From assembly GCA_036677665.1 (NCBI GenBank), contig JAVBVX010000038.1, forward strand, positions 112,909 through 176,908: a stretch of DNA of 64,000 bases, given 5' to 3'. The stretch is from Clostridium sp. (GTDB lineage: Bacteria; Bacillota; Clostridia; Clostridiales; Clostridiaceae). The position numbers and the translations under genes are program-made. Shown here one piece after another: positions 19,401-31,200 of this stretch. The notes below the pieces were generated by a model that saw nothing but the letters and a program-made list of their open reading frames with translations, made no database searches and was not told the origin of the DNA. Each line of letters begins with the position of its first letter. The first letter of the stretch is position 1.

Positions 19401-20925
19401 ATACAGCTATTGGTGTATCATTTCCCATAGAACCAATAGGCTCTTTACCAACCTCAGCCATATACTTCAAAATAACATCTCTATCTTCTAATGTATATCC
19501 AAAAGCTTGTTGCTTTTCTTTTAAAGTTTCTGGATTAATTGTAGATGACTCTTTAACGCCTTCAAAATCATTAAGAGTAAGTCTCTTATTATTTATTACA
19601 TCTTTATAAGATTCATCTCCACAAACTAATTTAGAAAGTTCTTCTCCTTCAATTATTTTTCCAAGAGTAGTATCTACTAAAAGCATCTTACCTGGTTCTA
19701 ATCTACCCTTTTTAACGATTTCCTCTGGATTAAATTGAAGAACTCCAAGCTCTGATGCCATAACCATAAATCCACTCTTAGTTATTACATACTTAGCTGG
19801 TCTTAAACCATTTCTATCAAGAGTAGCACCTATTTTTTCTCCATCTGTAAAAAATACAGCAGCAGGGCCATCCCAAGGTTCAACTAAAGATCCATGATAT
19901 TCATAGAATGCTTTTTCTTCCTCAGACATAAATTCATTATTCTTCCATGCTTCTGGTATTAACATTCTCATTGCATGTATATTACTTCTTCCATCCATTT
20001 TTAGAAGTTCAAATACATTATCTAATGATGCTGAGTCACTTCCATTAGGTGTTATGATTGGAAATAATTTAGATAATTCATCTCCAAAAGTTTCAGACTT
20101 TAATACTCCCTCTCTTGCATTCATCCAGTTTCTATTTCCTCTTATGGTATTTATTTCACCATTATGAGCTAGAAATCTGAAAGGTTGTGCTAAATCCCAA
20201 GTTGGGAATGTATTAGTACTAAATCTTTGATGTACTAAACCTATAGCAGTTTTAAAGTTTATGTCATTTAAATCAAGATAAAATCCACTTATTTGTTCCG
20301 CAAGAAGTAATCCTTTATAAACTATTGTTTTACGCGAAAGACTACATATATAAAAATACTCTGTATTTCTTTTTACAAGTTTTTTAATTTCACTTTCCGT
20401 TCTCTTTCTTATGATATATAATTTTCTTTCAAACTCTTCAACACTACAATCTAGTCTACTAATAAATAATTGTCTTATTATTGGCTCTGTTCCTTTTGCA
20501 GTCTCACCAATTCCTCTGTTATCAGTAGGAACATCTCTCCAGCCTAGTAGTTTTTGTCCTTCTTCTTCAACTATTCGTTCAAATATTCCTTCACACTGAT
20601 GTCTTAATGCAGGTTCCTTTGGTAAAAATGTCATACCTACCGCATATTCCCCATACTTTGGAAGTTCAATACCCAAATTATCACAGCTTATCCTAAAAAA
20701 CTCATCTGGTATTTGAAACATTACACCCGCGCCATCTCCTGTCTTAGGATCAGAACCAACTGCTCCTCTATGAGTTAAGTTAACTAAAACCTGTAATGCT
20801 TTTTTAACTAGACCATGAGTCTTTTCACCCTTAACATTTACAACAAATCCTACTCCACAATTATCCTTTTCAAACTGTGGATCATATAGCCCCTGCTTTT
20901 CAGGTAATCCTACTCTATATTCCAT
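16405..20925 (-). CDS. gltB: glutamate synthase large subunit
   Basis: The Ntn amidotransferase Cys follows MEYRVGLPEKQGLYDPQFEKDNCGVGF. FMN/3Fe-4S region with C..C...C, and a C-terminal GXGXG domain. Start moved to the ATG at 20925 (GGGGGGAAG RBS). Confidence 0.95.
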   Translation of the reverse strand: MEYRVGLPEKQGLYDPQFEKDNCGVGFVVNVKGEKTHGLVKKALQVLVNLTHRGAVGSDPKTGDGAGVMFQIPDEFFRISCDNLGIELPKYGEYAVGMTFLPKEPALRHQCEGIFERIVEEEGQKLLGWRDVPTDNRGIGETAKGTEPIIRQLFISRLDCSVEEFERKLYIIRKRTESEIKKLVKRNTEYFYICSLSRKTIVYKGLLLAEQISGFYLDLNDINFKTAIGLVHQRFSTNTFPTWDLAQPFRFLAHNGEINTIRGNRNWMNAREGVLKSETFGDELSKLFPIITPNGSDSASLDNVFELLKMDGRSNIHAMRMLIPEAWKNNEFMSEEEKAFYEYHGSLVEPWDGPAAVFFTDGEKIGATLDRNGLRPAKYVITKSGFMVMASELGVLQFNPEEIVKKGRLEPGKMLLVDTTLGKIIEGEELSKLVCGDESYKDVINNKRLTLNDFEGVKESSTINPETLKEKQQAFGYTLEDRDVILKYMAEVGKEPIGSMGNDTPIAVLSNKPQLLFSYFRQLFAQVTNPPIDPIREGIVMSLMNYIGPQQNILAKKISDSSFIEIEKPILSNENISKIKGIRDNNFKSTTIPITFKADSGIEGFKEALNLICDRASKRIKEGYNILVLSDKTVDSYEAAIPSLLALSAVHQFLIKEKTRTKVSLIVETGEARETTHFALLIGYGASAINPYLAIESIENLVDEKEIKDIDKSKAVNNYINAISKGLLKILSKMGICTIQSYHGAQIFEALGLNEEFINKYFEGTTSRIGGIGEEVIAKEVLIRHTSAYNKLRKPVNELEVGGLYSWRKDGEFHLFNPESIYKLQAATSSNNYKVYKEYASLINDQSKNRCTIRGLFNLKNGNSIPIEEVEPVSEIVKRFCTGAMSLGSISRDAHETIAIAMNRLGGRSNSGEGGEDKVRFKIDSNGDSKRSAIKQVASARFGVTANYLVNADELQIKVAQGAKPGEGGHLPGKKVDEYIAKMRHSTPGIDLISPPPHHDIYSIEDLAQLIYDLKSVNPSSRVSVKLVAEAGVGTVAAGVAKAHADVILISGHDGGTGAAPLSSIRHAGIPWEIGLSETHQVLMLNNLRSRVRLQTDGQLKTGKDVVVAALLGAEEFGFATTALVILGCTLLRKCHCNTCDMGIATQDSDLKQCFKGKPEHIINFFTFIAEEVREYMAQLGFRTMNEMIGRVDKIEVQEAVDHWKANGLDLSNILFKPDMPKRIKPYCVTAQDHGIETAMDHHLIQVASPALDSGKLVRGSFEIKNVDRTVGAMLSGKIAKAYGEAGLPEDTIVFNFKGSAGQSFGAFGASGLTLVLEGDANDYVGKGLSGAKIILKVLEKSSFKAEENSIAGNTILYGACDGQLYVNGSVGERFAVRNSGATAVVEGVGDHCCEYMTGGTVLVIGKTGRNFGAGMSGGIAFVLDEDSCITDKCTEEMLEIEDLQDKEDEDTVLKLIEQHYENTNSEKAKNILENWDEYKTKFRRIIPSAYKAILYKNKKSIKVSE

Positions 20926-21174
20926 AATCTTCCCCCCAATTATAAAATTACGTCTCATCACAATAAAGATTTGTCTTATATTATATATATTTTTTTGCAA
21001 CTTTTCAATAATAAAATTTCATTTATGCAGCTTTTTTTTAATAATTAACTATATTATACTACATATAGTTGATAATTGCTCATTAAATATAGTATTTTTT
21101 TGATAAAGTTAAAAATTTATTATTGGAAATGAGCTTAAGCCTGTCCCTCTCTTGCTTGTAGTTGTTATTTTATC

Positions 21175-21219
21175 TAAAAAACCCTCAAAGTTGTTAATTT
21201 CTTACAACAACTTTGAGGG
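21175..21219 (-). terminator. rho-independent terminator
   Basis: Perfect 14-bp stem ccctcaaagttgtt/aacaactttgaggg, then T6 on the minus strand. Confidence 0.85.
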
Positions 21220-21223
21220 TATG

Positions 21224-21415
21224 TTAATTCTCCTGCATATCATTATATATTTTGTTCGCAATTCCTTTGAATTCATAAAAACTTCCTGGAACTCTATTTA
21301 CACTTTTCACTAAATTATTATTTTCATCATAAATTTCAATATTACCTTTTGTTTCGTTAGATACAAATAAATAATTTTCAATTTTATATTCGTAAACATC
21401 TCTTCTTATATACAT
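21224..21415 (-). CDS. hypothetical small protein (63 aa)
   Basis: ORF followed by a strong terminator. Confidence 0.45.
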   Translation of the reverse strand: MYIRRDVYEYKIENYLFVSNETKGNIEIYDENNNLVKSVNRVPGSFYEFKGIANKIYNDMQEN

Positions 21416-21436
21416 ATAAATAAGTTACTCCTAGAA

Positions 21437-21640
21437 TTAATGATTGACTTTCCCTACTATTTCTTTTGTATTTACTAATTCTTTTAAATAAACTCCCATT
21501 ACTTTTTGAGTTTTTAATACTCTAACTTGTGCTGTCTCTGTATTGTTTTCTACCTCTTCAATCCAAACTGGTTCTCCTTTATAAACAACTGTTATTTTAT
21601 CTGGACTAATCATAACTTCATGTGCTTCATGTAAATCCAT
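21437..21640 (-). CDS. sspH: small acid-soluble spore protein, H-type
   Basis: MDLHEAHEVMISPDKITVVYKGEPVWIEEVENNTETAQV parallels remembered B. subtilis SspH (M..RAKEIVESP....VTYNGVPIYIQHVNEE..TA). Confidence 0.8.
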   Translation of the reverse strand: MDLHEAHEVMISPDKITVVYKGEPVWIEEVENNTETAQVRVLKTQKVMGVYLKELVNTKEIVGKVNH

Positions 21641-21796
21641 AATTTTACCTCCTAAAATTCTTATAATATTAGAATTTCTCCAATTTTAAATAAAAGTATG
21701 TAAATTATTTTATAAAAATTTATTATACCAAGTTTAAAATCCAAATATTGGTCAAGAATAAAAATATATCACATATTGGAAAGGAGTATTAAACAC

Positions 21797-22516
21797 ATGA
21801 AATCAAAAATTAAAAAAACTCTTATAATAATTTCTTCTGCAATAGTACTATTTCTTGGAGTATTTTTTATGACAAGGAGCCTAAACAACTTAATAGAAGG
21901 TTCACAAAATGAAAAAGAAATAAGTATTGAGGACAATTCTTCAAAAACAGCTACTAAAAAATCAGACAGTCTAGATAATGCTACTTCTAAAATAGAAAAT
22001 AACAACAAAAATATAGTAATTAATAAAGAGGAACCTGATAAGGTTCAGGCTACTAATACCCAAACTACTGATAAGTATACTGATTATATAGTAAAAGAAG
22101 GAGATACTCTATTTAGTATCGCAAGAAACGTTATCCCTTGGAGAAGTCAAGATGAGGCTGTGAAAATTTTAGAAACAATGAATAATCTAAAGAATAGAGA
22201 AGTAATATCTGTTGGTAGCCGTTTAATGGTTCCAGTCAATACTATTGATGCAACTGGTTGCACAAAATATACTGTAAAATCTGGTGAAAGTCTTTATACT
22301 ATTGCCGAGAATTTTTTCCCTGATATGAATATAGCAAAAGCTGTAGACACAATTATGAAAAAGAATAACATAAATGACCCTAATTTACTTAGCGTTGGTT
22401 TAGAAATTTATATACCTAATGATGAACTAACTTCAGTTAACTCTAACTCTATTGATAATACAAAAACATCTGAAGCTGATGAAGACGTCGATAGTGACTA
22501 TACAGATGAAGAATAA
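21797..22516 (+). CDS. secreted/membrane-anchored protein with two LysM domains
   Basis: Signal anchor LIIISSAIVLFLGVFF. LysM repeats YIVKEGDTLFSIARN and YTVKSGESLYTIAEN. ATG at 21797 follows GGAAAGGAG. Confidence 0.85.
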   Translation: MKSKIKKTLIIISSAIVLFLGVFFMTRSLNNLIEGSQNEKEISIEDNSSKTATKKSDSLDNATSKIENNNKNIVINKEEPDKVQATNTQTTDKYTDYIVKEGDTLFSIARNVIPWRSQDEAVKILETMNNLKNREVISVGSRLMVPVNTIDATGCTKYTVKSGESLYTIAENFFPDMNIAKAVDTIMKKNNINDPNLLSVGLEIYIPNDELTSVNSNSIDNTKTSEADEDVDSDYTDEE

Positions 22517-22526
22517 TATTTAAATA

Positions 22527-22563
22527 AAATAAACTGCTACGAGATATATGTAGCAGTTTATTT
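22527..22563. terminator. bidirectional terminator
   Basis: 14-bp stem aaataaactgctac/gtagcagtttattt. Confidence 0.8.
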
Positions 22564-22572
22564 TATTTGGCT

Positions 22573-25005
22573 TTATTTAATTTTTACAGATTTTGTATGC
22601 CAAATTTCATTAGCATAGTTTAGAATTGTATTATCACTAGAAAAACTTCCAGAGTGAGCAATATTAACTATAGACATTTCTTGCCACTTATCTTTTTTCC
22701 TGTAAAGATAATCTATTTTTTCTTGAGCCTTAACATAAGAATTAAAGTCTTTAAATACAAAATATTCATCATTTCTATCCATAAGATGATTATATATATT
22801 TTTAAACTCTGCACTTGGGGCCCCAAAATGCCCACTTACTATTTGATCTACTATTCTATGAATTCTACTATCACTACTATATAATTCTTGCGACCAGTAG
22901 CCTCCATATTTTTCATAATTCATAACCTCTTCTGCGGTTAAACCAAAGGTTACTATATTGTCTTCCCCCACCACATCTCTTATTTCAACATTTGCTCCAT
23001 CTAATGTGGCTACAGTAATTGCTCCATTCATCATAAACTTCATGTTTCCTGTTCCTGAAGCTTCTTTTGATGCAGTTGAAATTTGCTCACTTACTTCAGC
23101 ACAAGGAATTATTTTTTCTGCAAGAGATACTCTATAATTTTCTAAAAATACTACCTTTAACTTATCGCCTATACTTTTATCATTATTTATTACTTCTCCT
23201 ACAGTATTTATGAACTTTATCACTTCTTTAGCTAAAAAGTAACTTGGAGAAGCTTTTGCTGCAAAAAAGAAGGTTCGAGGGACTATATCTAAGTTTGGAT
23301 TTTCCTTAAGCTGATTGTAAAGATAAATTATATGAAATAAATTTAGTAATTGCCTTTTATAAGCATGAAGTCTTTTAACTTGAACATCAAATATAGATTG
23401 TGGATTTATTAAAATTCCATAACTATCTCTTATCTGCATTGCAAACTTCTCTTTATTTTGTTGTTTTATATTATATATTCTGTCCATAAAATTTTGGTCT
23501 TTACTATACTTTATAAGGTCTATAAGCTCTTTTGGCTCATTTATCCATCTCTCACCTATAGCTTCATTTATTGATAGGGCAAGTTTTGGATTTGATTGAA
23601 GTAACCATCTTCTATGAGTTATTCCATTGGTTTTATTATTAAATTTATGTGGGTATAACTCACAAAAATCTTTTAATTCCCTATTCTTTAATATTTCTGT
23701 ATGAAGCTGCGCTACTCCATTTACTGAATGTCCTCCCACAATAGCTAAGTTAGCCATTCTTACTTGATTGTCTCTTATTATAGACATTTTATTTAATTTT
23801 TCTTGATCATTATGATATTTCTTTAATAATATCTCGTTAAATCTTCTGTCTATCTCTTCAACAATCATATGAACTCTTGGGAGTAGTTCTCTAAACAAAT
23901 CTACTGGCCACTTTTCAAGAGCTTCTGCCATAATGGTATGATTTGTATAAGATATAGTTTTTATTGTAATATCCCAAGCCTCTTCCCAATTTAACTCTTC
24001 ATCATCTATAAGTATTCTCATAAGCTCTGGAACTGCTAGAGACGGATGAGTGTCATTAATATGAATAGCTACATATTTATATAAATCTTTAATAGATTTC
24101 TTCTTTTTATAATTTCTAATTATACTTTGTATTCCTGCACTTACAAAAAAGTACTGTTGCTTTAATCTCAAAATCCTGCCTTCTACTCTTGAATCATCTG
24201 GATATAAAACTTGTGAAATAGACTCTACTGACGACTTATATTCTACAGCTTTTGAATAATTGCCAGTCTTAAAGAATGAAAAATCTAATTCTCTGTCTTT
24301 GTCTAAGATTTCTGCACTCCAAAGCCTTAAATTATTTACTGTATTGTTCTTATAACCTATGACTGGTGTGTCATATGGTACAGCTTTAACTGCTGAATAA
24401 TCTTCATGTATAAAGTTCAATCTGCCATTTAAATTTATTGGTCTTATGCTTCCTCCAAATTTTACAATGACAGCCTTATCTTCTTTTTTAGTTTCCCATA
24501 TATTACCTTCTTTTAGCCAATTATCTGGTATCTCTACTTGATATCCATTAACAATTTTCTGTTCAAAAAGACCATAATTATACCTAATTCCACAACCATG
24601 ACCTGGTATTCCTTGCGAAGCCATAGAATCTAGAAAACATGCCGCTAATCTTCCAAGACCTCCATTTCCAAGTCCTGCATCTAGCTCTGCCCCCTCAAGA
24701 TCACTTATATCTATCCCCAGCTCACTTAAAGCCTCTTCACTTTCTTTTTCTATTCCTAAATTTAATAGGTTACTTCTTAGCAATCTTCCTATTAGAAATT
24801 CCATTGAAAAGTAGTAAACTTGTTTGTCGCCTTCTCTCATATATTGCTTATTTGTTTTCAACCAATTCTCTGCACAATATTCCTTTATTAAACTTCCAAA
24901 GGCTAAATACATATGCAACATAGTAGTATCTTGAATTTCCTCTGAAAACATGGTAATAAGCTTTTTTAAAAAATCTTTCTTTATTGTCTCTTTATCTAGA
25001 ATCAT
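22573..25005 (-). CDS. glgP: glycogen/maltodextrin phosphorylase
   Basis: 810 aa. GLGNGGLGRLAACFLDS and the PLP-site region EASGTGNMKFMMNG. Confidence 0.95.
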   Translation of the reverse strand: MILDKETIKKDFLKKLITMFSEEIQDTTMLHMYLAFGSLIKEYCAENWLKTNKQYMREGDKQVYYFSMEFLIGRLLRSNLLNLGIEKESEEALSELGIDISDLEGAELDAGLGNGGLGRLAACFLDSMASQGIPGHGCGIRYNYGLFEQKIVNGYQVEIPDNWLKEGNIWETKKEDKAVIVKFGGSIRPINLNGRLNFIHEDYSAVKAVPYDTPVIGYKNNTVNNLRLWSAEILDKDRELDFSFFKTGNYSKAVEYKSSVESISQVLYPDDSRVEGRILRLKQQYFFVSAGIQSIIRNYKKKKSIKDLYKYVAIHINDTHPSLAVPELMRILIDDEELNWEEAWDITIKTISYTNHTIMAEALEKWPVDLFRELLPRVHMIVEEIDRRFNEILLKKYHNDQEKLNKMSIIRDNQVRMANLAIVGGHSVNGVAQLHTEILKNRELKDFCELYPHKFNNKTNGITHRRWLLQSNPKLALSINEAIGERWINEPKELIDLIKYSKDQNFMDRIYNIKQQNKEKFAMQIRDSYGILINPQSIFDVQVKRLHAYKRQLLNLFHIIYLYNQLKENPNLDIVPRTFFFAAKASPSYFLAKEVIKFINTVGEVINNDKSIGDKLKVVFLENYRVSLAEKIIPCAEVSEQISTASKEASGTGNMKFMMNGAITVATLDGANVEIRDVVGEDNIVTFGLTAEEVMNYEKYGGYWSQELYSSDSRIHRIVDQIVSGHFGAPSAEFKNIYNHLMDRNDEYFVFKDFNSYVKAQEKIDYLYRKKDKWQEMSIVNIAHSGSFSSDNTILNYANEIWHTKSVKIK

Positions 25006-25190
25006 TACTTCACCTCCGCAATAATCAATACTTTATAATATACTCTTAAATATTATTTTGTTTATTTGCTATAACTATAATAATTTTTCATCCCTTTCTT
25101 ATACATTATACATATTACATTTTTCACCTTTCTTATTCTATGATATAGTTTTCCATAAAATGAAAAAAATATAAATTTGGAATGAAGTAA

Positions 25191-25224
25191 ACAAAAAAGC
25201 AATACAAATAATTTGTATTGCTTT
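25191..25224 (-). terminator. rho-independent terminator after the MCP gene
   Basis: 13-bp stem aaagcaatacaaa/tttgtattgcttt, then a T run on the minus strand. Confidence 0.8.
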
Positions 25225-25267
25225 AAAGTTGTCCATCTCCTATTATGAAGGACCTATCTTAATATAA

Positions 25268-27034
25268 CTATATCTTAAATTGCTGTACTATTTCATCCAA
25301 TTTTTGAGCAAGTTCTGCTTGACTTTGTGCTGTTACTGCCATTTCTTCTATAGCTTTACTAGTTTCATTCATGCTCTCTCTTATTGTGTCAGCATTTTCA
25401 CTTGATTTTTGTGATGCATATGCCATGTTCTGTACTGCCTCATTTACTTGACCAACTGTAGCTGTAATTTCTTCAGCCATAGCAGCAATTTCCTCAGACA
25501 TTTTGCTTACATAGTCTGAGTCATTATAATACTGATTACCTGTTTCTCCATAAGCATAAAACTGTTCATGCACCTGTATGTTTATAAATTCTAATATATC
25601 ACTACCTGTATCAATACTACTCTTAAATGCTTGCTGAACCTTAACAATAGTATCTTGAATATTTATTACTGCTTGTGCTGATTGCTCTGCAAGTTTTCTA
25701 ACTTCTTCAGCTACAACTGCAAAACCTTTTCCCTGCTCCCCTGCTCTTGCTGCCTCTATTGCAGCATTTAATGCAAGTAAATTTGTTTGCTCTGCTATAC
25801 TTCCAATAGTATCTGCCATAACTTTTATATTCTCTACTACTTTTCCACCTTCAATAGCTTTTTCCATATTGCTTTGCTTCTCAGCATATACTCTTAGAGT
25901 ATCCTCAATAGCCTTTTTGCTACTATTTTTAACTATTGTAGCTCTTTCTTTAGACTCATTTGCTTTATTGCTTCCGTCCATTGCCTTAGATGTAAGCTCA
26001 TTAATACTTGAATCTACTTCTTCAACAGATGCACTTATCTCCTGTGATGAAGCACTAGATTCTTGCATACCTGCAGCAATAACTTCTACTGATTCATCAA
26101 TAGTTCCTGTTTTTACTGTTAATTCTTCTATGGTTGCTGAAAGTTCTTGTGAAGATGCAGTTATCTCCTGTGAGTTTTCCATAATTACTTTCACTAAACC
26201 ACTTACATTTTTCTGTGCTGTATTTAAGGCATCACCAGTTTGTCCTAATTCATCTTTTCTTGTAACATCGATTGGAGTTGAAAAATCGTATTCAGATAAT
26301 CTTTGTGCAAAATCCTTAATTTTTATTAAAGGCTTCTCTATATCTTTACTTAAGAAGAAAGCTAAAATAACAGCTACAATTAATGCACCTACAAATAGAA
26401 CTATATTAATCATTATACTTTGCGTCAAATCTTTTTTTATCATAGCTTCATTGCTAGCTATAATTTTATCAATATCCTCTACATAGTTACCTGTACCTAT
26501 TACCCAATTGAAAGGAGCATATAGTTTTGCGTACCCTCTTTTAAGTAATGGTGTTGTTTCTCCTGACTTTGGAAACCAGTAGTCTGTATATCCTCCGTCT
26601 GGTTTTTTACCATTCTCAATTATCTCTTTTATAAAATATGTGCCGTTAGAATCTTTAGACTCTATTCTATTTGTTCCCTCTGTTTTATTACCTAAAAGTA
26701 CAACGTTTACACCCTCAACAGTATCCGCCCAAAAGTATCCATTTTCACCATACTTCATTACTCTTAATAAACTTGCGCTTTGATTTTTAGCCTCTTCTAT
26801 AGTCAATTCACCTGTTTGGACTTTTTTATGTATTGCATCTATCATAGAAATTGCAATTTCTACTTGTTCTTTAATTTTAACATTATAATTATCATATAAG
26901 GCTTCCTTTTGAATAGCTACTAATTTATTGTTAGTTTGAATGTTTTTATAAGTCATAGTACCACTTATAATTATTCCTGTAATAAAAGCTATTAATGATG
27001 TTATAAGGATTATTTTATACCCTATCTTTTTCAT
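25268..27034 (-). CDS. methyl-accepting chemotaxis protein with single-Cache sensor
   Basis: TM segment; sCache_2-like [14 protein letters not shown]...[11 protein letters not shown]; second TM plus HAMP; the conserved signalling hairpin [38 protein letters not shown]. Confidence 0.92.
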   Translation of the reverse strand: MKKIGYKIILITSLIAFITGIIISGTMTYKNIQTNNKLVAIQKEALYDNYNVKIKEQVEIAISMIDAIHKKVQTGELTIEEAKNQSASLLRVMKYGENGYFWADTVEGVNVVLLGNKTEGTNRIESKDSNGTYFIKEIIENGKKPDGGYTDYWFPKSGETTPLLKRGYAKLYAPFNWVIGTGNYVEDIDKIIASNEAMIKKDLTQSIMINIVLFVGALIVAVILAFFLSKDIEKPLIKIKDFAQRLSEYDFSTPIDVTRKDELGQTGDALNTAQKNVSGLVKVIMENSQEITASSQELSATIEELTVKTGTIDESVEVIAAGMQESSASSQEISASVEEVDSSINELTSKAMDGSNKANESKERATIVKNSSKKAIEDTLRVYAEKQSNMEKAIEGGKVVENIKVMADTIGSIAEQTNLLALNAAIEAARAGEQGKGFAVVAEEVRKLAEQSAQAVINIQDTIVKVQQAFKSSIDTGSDILEFINIQVHEQFYAYGETGNQYYNDSDYVSKMSEEIAAMAEEITATVGQVNEAVQNMAYASQKSSENADTIRESMNETSKAIEEMAVTAQSQAELAQKLDEIVQQFKI

Positions 27035-27270
27035 ATTTAGTCCTCCTAAGTTTAATATAACTTTACCTATAAATTAAGAATATACAATCTTTGCTATAAA
27101 TGTCAAGACGAAAATATAGACAAGCTGTAAAACTTATGATATTGTTAATTTTTTCTTTAAATTCTAAAATGTATAAAATAATTATTTAGTATTTTATTAT
27201 CGATTTAATTATTATTTTCTTTACACATATTTATCATAAAATTAATATGGATGCTTATTATTTAATATAA

Positions 27271-27296
27271 AAAAAATAAAGGTGCCCTAACACCTT
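27271..27296 (-). terminator. rho-independent terminator after yhaM
   Basis: Stem aaggtg/cacctt flanked by long A and T runs. Confidence 0.6.
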
Positions 27297-27303
27297 CATT
27301 TTT

Positions 27304-28266
27304 TTAAAATTCAATATTCGTTCTATATATCTTTCTCTTATCAAGAGACCATACTGGATTCGAAAACTCCCCTCTATTTGCTTCACTTGTTGCCTTATGC
27401 ATGTCATATAAGCTAGCATCTAATATATCTAAATAGTGCAACATTTGAGCCTCTGGAATCATAGGCTTTTTAGGACTTCCAAAGTCAGCTTCATAATGAT
27501 GGGATAAAATCATATGCTGCAATAACATTGTTATTTCCTTATCTGCTCCTACCTTTTGTGCTGCAACTTCTATGTTTTTTACTCCTTGAATTATGTGACC
27601 TAAAAGCTGCCCCTCTACAGTGTAATCACTTACAATTCCAAGTTCACTTGCATCCATTTCATCTATTTTTGCAAGATCATGAAGGATTATTCCTCCATAT
27701 AGCAGATCTGTATTTATAAAAGCATATACTTCACATAGTTTTTCTCCAGCTTTTAGCATAGTAGTTGTATGATATAATAATCCAGCTCTTATTGCATGAT
27801 GATTTTTCTTAGCTGCTGGAAAATGCATTAATTTATCTTCATAATTCTCTATAATATGAAATAAAATATTTTTTATATCATCATTTTTTATTTTATCTAT
27901 ATAATCCATAACTTCTTTATACATAGCTTCAGAGGTATATGGAGCAGATGGTACAAAATTAGATATCTGAACATTATCCTGTTCGTTAGTTACTCTAATT
28001 CTATCTATCTTAAATTGGTTATTATTCTGCCATACCGTAACACTACCTCTTACTTTTATAAGTACATTAGGTTTATATAACTCTTCATCACCTTCATTAT
28101 AGTTCCAATACTTAGAATTTATTTCTCCTGTACAATCTCCAATAGTAAAATCTAAATATTTTTTACCGTTAGTACTGGTTCTACATTCAGCACTTTTTAT
28201 AATAAAATAATTTTCAATTTTATCATTAACTTTAAAATCCTGTATATTCTTATCTGTCATACTCAA
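27304..28266 (-). CDS. yhaM: 3'-5' exoribonuclease YhaM (OB-fold + HD domain)
   Basis: N-terminal OB fold, HD region HHAIRAGLLYHTTTML...ILHDLAKI, about 320 aa. Confidence 0.85.
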   Translation of the reverse strand: MSMTDKNIQDFKVNDKIENYFIIKSAECRTSTNGKKYLDFTIGDCTGEINSKYWNYNEGDEELYKPNVLIKVRGSVTVWQNNNQFKIDRIRVTNEQDNVQISNFVPSAPYTSEAMYKEVMDYIDKIKNDDIKNILFHIIENYEDKLMHFPAAKKNHHAIRAGLLYHTTTMLKAGEKLCEVYAFINTDLLYGGIILHDLAKIDEMDASELGIVSDYTVEGQLLGHIIQGVKNIEVAAQKVGADKEITMLLQHMILSHHYEADFGSPKKPMIPEAQMLHYLDILDASLYDMHKATSEANRGEFSNPVWSLDKRKIYRTNIEF

Positions 28267-28287
28267 TTTTTAACCCCATCTCCTCTC

Positions 28288-31200
28288 TTAGTCCATTGCC
28301 AACTCCTCATTATTATAAAACAAATATAAATATTTTTCTTTAACTTTTTTACTAGTTATTACCTCAATAGCCTTTGCATAGTAATCTAACTGTACTTTAT
28401 ATCTTTCTTTAACCAGTTCTCCATGTCCTTCTTTATAATAATCTGTTTTATAATCTACAAGTACTATTCCCTCATCTTCTTCAAAATAGCAATCTATTAT
28501 ACCTTGAAGCATAATATATTCATCCTCATATTTATCTTTAGGTAAATCTAAAAATACTTCTGTGCTATTTAATTGTATATGAAAAGGAACTTCTCTATAT
28601 ACATATTTTGATTTTATTATTCTTTTCCCAATCTCCGAACTAAAAAAATTAAGTATTTTTTCAATATCTATGCTCTCTTTTTGCTCTTCTGTAATTAATT
28701 CCTTGGCTACTAATTTCTCTATTTGTTTCTTTATACTTTCTCTGCTTAACTCTCCTCTGAAATCAAGCTTTTGCATAACTGCATGCATAGCCGTACCTTT
28801 TTCTGCTCCTGTTAACTTTTTATTCTTTTCCATAAAGGCTGGTCTTTGTACAAGACTAGGAGTATATATATCCTGTGAATAATCATTATGCAAACTTCTG
28901 ATCATATCTCTGCTGTGCATTCTTTTTACCTCGGTAACAGTTAAGAGTGTTGGAAGCTGTGCAGCTCTTGTATATTCATATTCCCATTCTAATCTACGTT
29001 TTATTTCATCATGGTACTTACTCTTACTTTCAGTTTCCTCTATATCTACTACTTCCTCTGGTAAATGTTCCTCAATGTTTTCAATTTCATTATTAATTAT
29101 ATCGCTTATATTATGAAATTTAATCTCCCATTTAGAAGAGTCCTCTAGTAAATTTATAAGATTATACTCTTCTATTCCTGCAACTTCTCGAAGCATTTTT
29201 CCATCTTTATGTCTTATAACTGCTGGTCCAATCCAATCTAAATAACACTTTCCTTTAGATACTTCATATTCCGTTAACTTGAAGCTACTATCTCTTAATC
29301 CATAAGCCCACTTCTTAGCATAATTTTCAATGTTATTTACTCCACCTACCATAATTAGCTTTTCTTTTGCTCTTGTTAATGCTACATATAAAATTCTAAT
29401 CTCTTCAGAGAGAGTTTCCATTTTTATTTTCTTTTTTAAAGCTTGCTTCAATGCCGTTGGATAGGATAATCTCTTATCTAAATTGATGTAATCTGGTCCG
29501 TACCCTAATTCATTATGGAAAAGTATTCTTTTATTTAAATCCTGCATATTAAAATTCTTGCCAAGTGCACATAAAAATACTACAGGAAATTCTAGACCTT
29601 TACTTTTATGAATACTCATTATCCTAACTACATTTTCATTCTCTCCTAGTATTTTAGCACTTCCCATATCTCCGTTACTCACCTTAAGCTTATTTATAAA
29701 GCTTATAAAATTAAATAATCCCTTATAACTTGTGGTTTCATATTGTCTAGCTCTCTCAAATAATATTCTAAGGTTTGCTTGCCTTTGAATTCCTCCTGCT
29801 AAAGCTCCTACATAGCCATAGTATCCAGTATCTGTGTATAGATGCCATATAAATTCATCTATAGGCATATGTATAGATTCATCTCTCCACACCTTTAATT
29901 TCTTTAAGAAATTAATACATTTATCTTTTAGACTACTCTCTTCTGCATCTACATCTTCTCTTTCTGAAAGCTTAACTAAGCCCTCATAGAATTCTCCATT
30001 TTTATTCTCTAGTCTAATATCAATAAGTTCCTCTGGCGTGAATGCTCCAATTGGCGAACGTAATATAGCAATAAGAGGTATATCTTGCCTTGGATTATCT
30101 ATTATTTGGAGTAGTGATAGCATAGTTCTAATTTCTAAGGCCTCAAAATATCCATTTCCCACATCCGCATAAGCCGGAACCAAATATTCCTTTAATTCAT
30201 CCATAAATACAGGTGCCCAACTTGAAGTGCTTCTTAATAGAATTACTATATCTCTATATTCTACCTTTCTATATCCTTTTATATCCTTATCATATATTTT
30301 AAGAGTTTCTTCTTCTCTTTCATTTATAAGTTCATTTATCCTTTTAGCTACAAGCCTTGCTTCTATTTGTATCTTAGAGAGTACTTCTTCATCTTCATTA
30401 AAATTCTCTTCTTTATTATCAACAAATACTTCCTGTCCCTCATCACTGCTTTTATCTATAATATTAAGCTCTATTGATCCTCCCACAACTGACCCTTTTT
30501 CACTATATTCCATGTAGTCAGCTCCTAAGTTTAGAGCTTCACTGTCATCATAGTCCAGTTCCCCTATATTTACGGACATTATCTGTTTAAATATAAAGTT
30601 AACAGAATCTAATATCTCTTTTCTACTTCTAAAGTTTTTAAATAAAGTAATCTTTCTTTCCTTTTCTCCCTCATCTAATGAGTAGCTATTATATTTATTT
30701 AAAAACAGCTCTGGCTTTGCCTGTCTAAACCTATAAATACTCTGCTTTACATCTCCCACCATAAATACATTTATATTTTTTTCTGTGACTTCATCTTTTC
30801 TAGCAATAGAATTAACTATAGCTTCCTGTACCTCATTACTATCCTGATACTCATCTACAAGTATTTCTATATACTTTTCTCTTAAACTAGAAGCCACTTC
30901 CGGCATGCTAAGAATATGGAGGCAAAAATGCTCAAAGTCATTGAAGTCAATTATTCCTCTTTCTCTCTTTGCTTTCCCATACCTATCCATAAAATTAATT
31001 ACTAAGTCTGAGAGAGCCTTCATTATTGGATATAACTCTCTTAAATCCTTTGTTGTTTCTTCTCCAGCATATAAAAGTAGCTTTTGCTTCATATCCTCTT
31101 TTATTTGCTTTTTAACTTTATTTCTTATTTCTTTTACTATGTCTTGATTTTCTTTATCTTTGCAATTCTTACAAGCTTTAAGTTTTTTAAAGTCAGTAGC

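Noticed and set aside
25869-26486. Long antisense ORFs in the track. Examples: 205 aa inside the MCP gene, 13553-13918, 14971-15462, 44579-45013, 7255-7548, 30227-30517, 32853-33131.
   Set aside because: Each lies wholly antisense or out of frame inside a gene with strong family motifs. They have S/L/F/I-rich low-complexity composition typical of the reverse frames of AT-rich genes, and none has an RBS.
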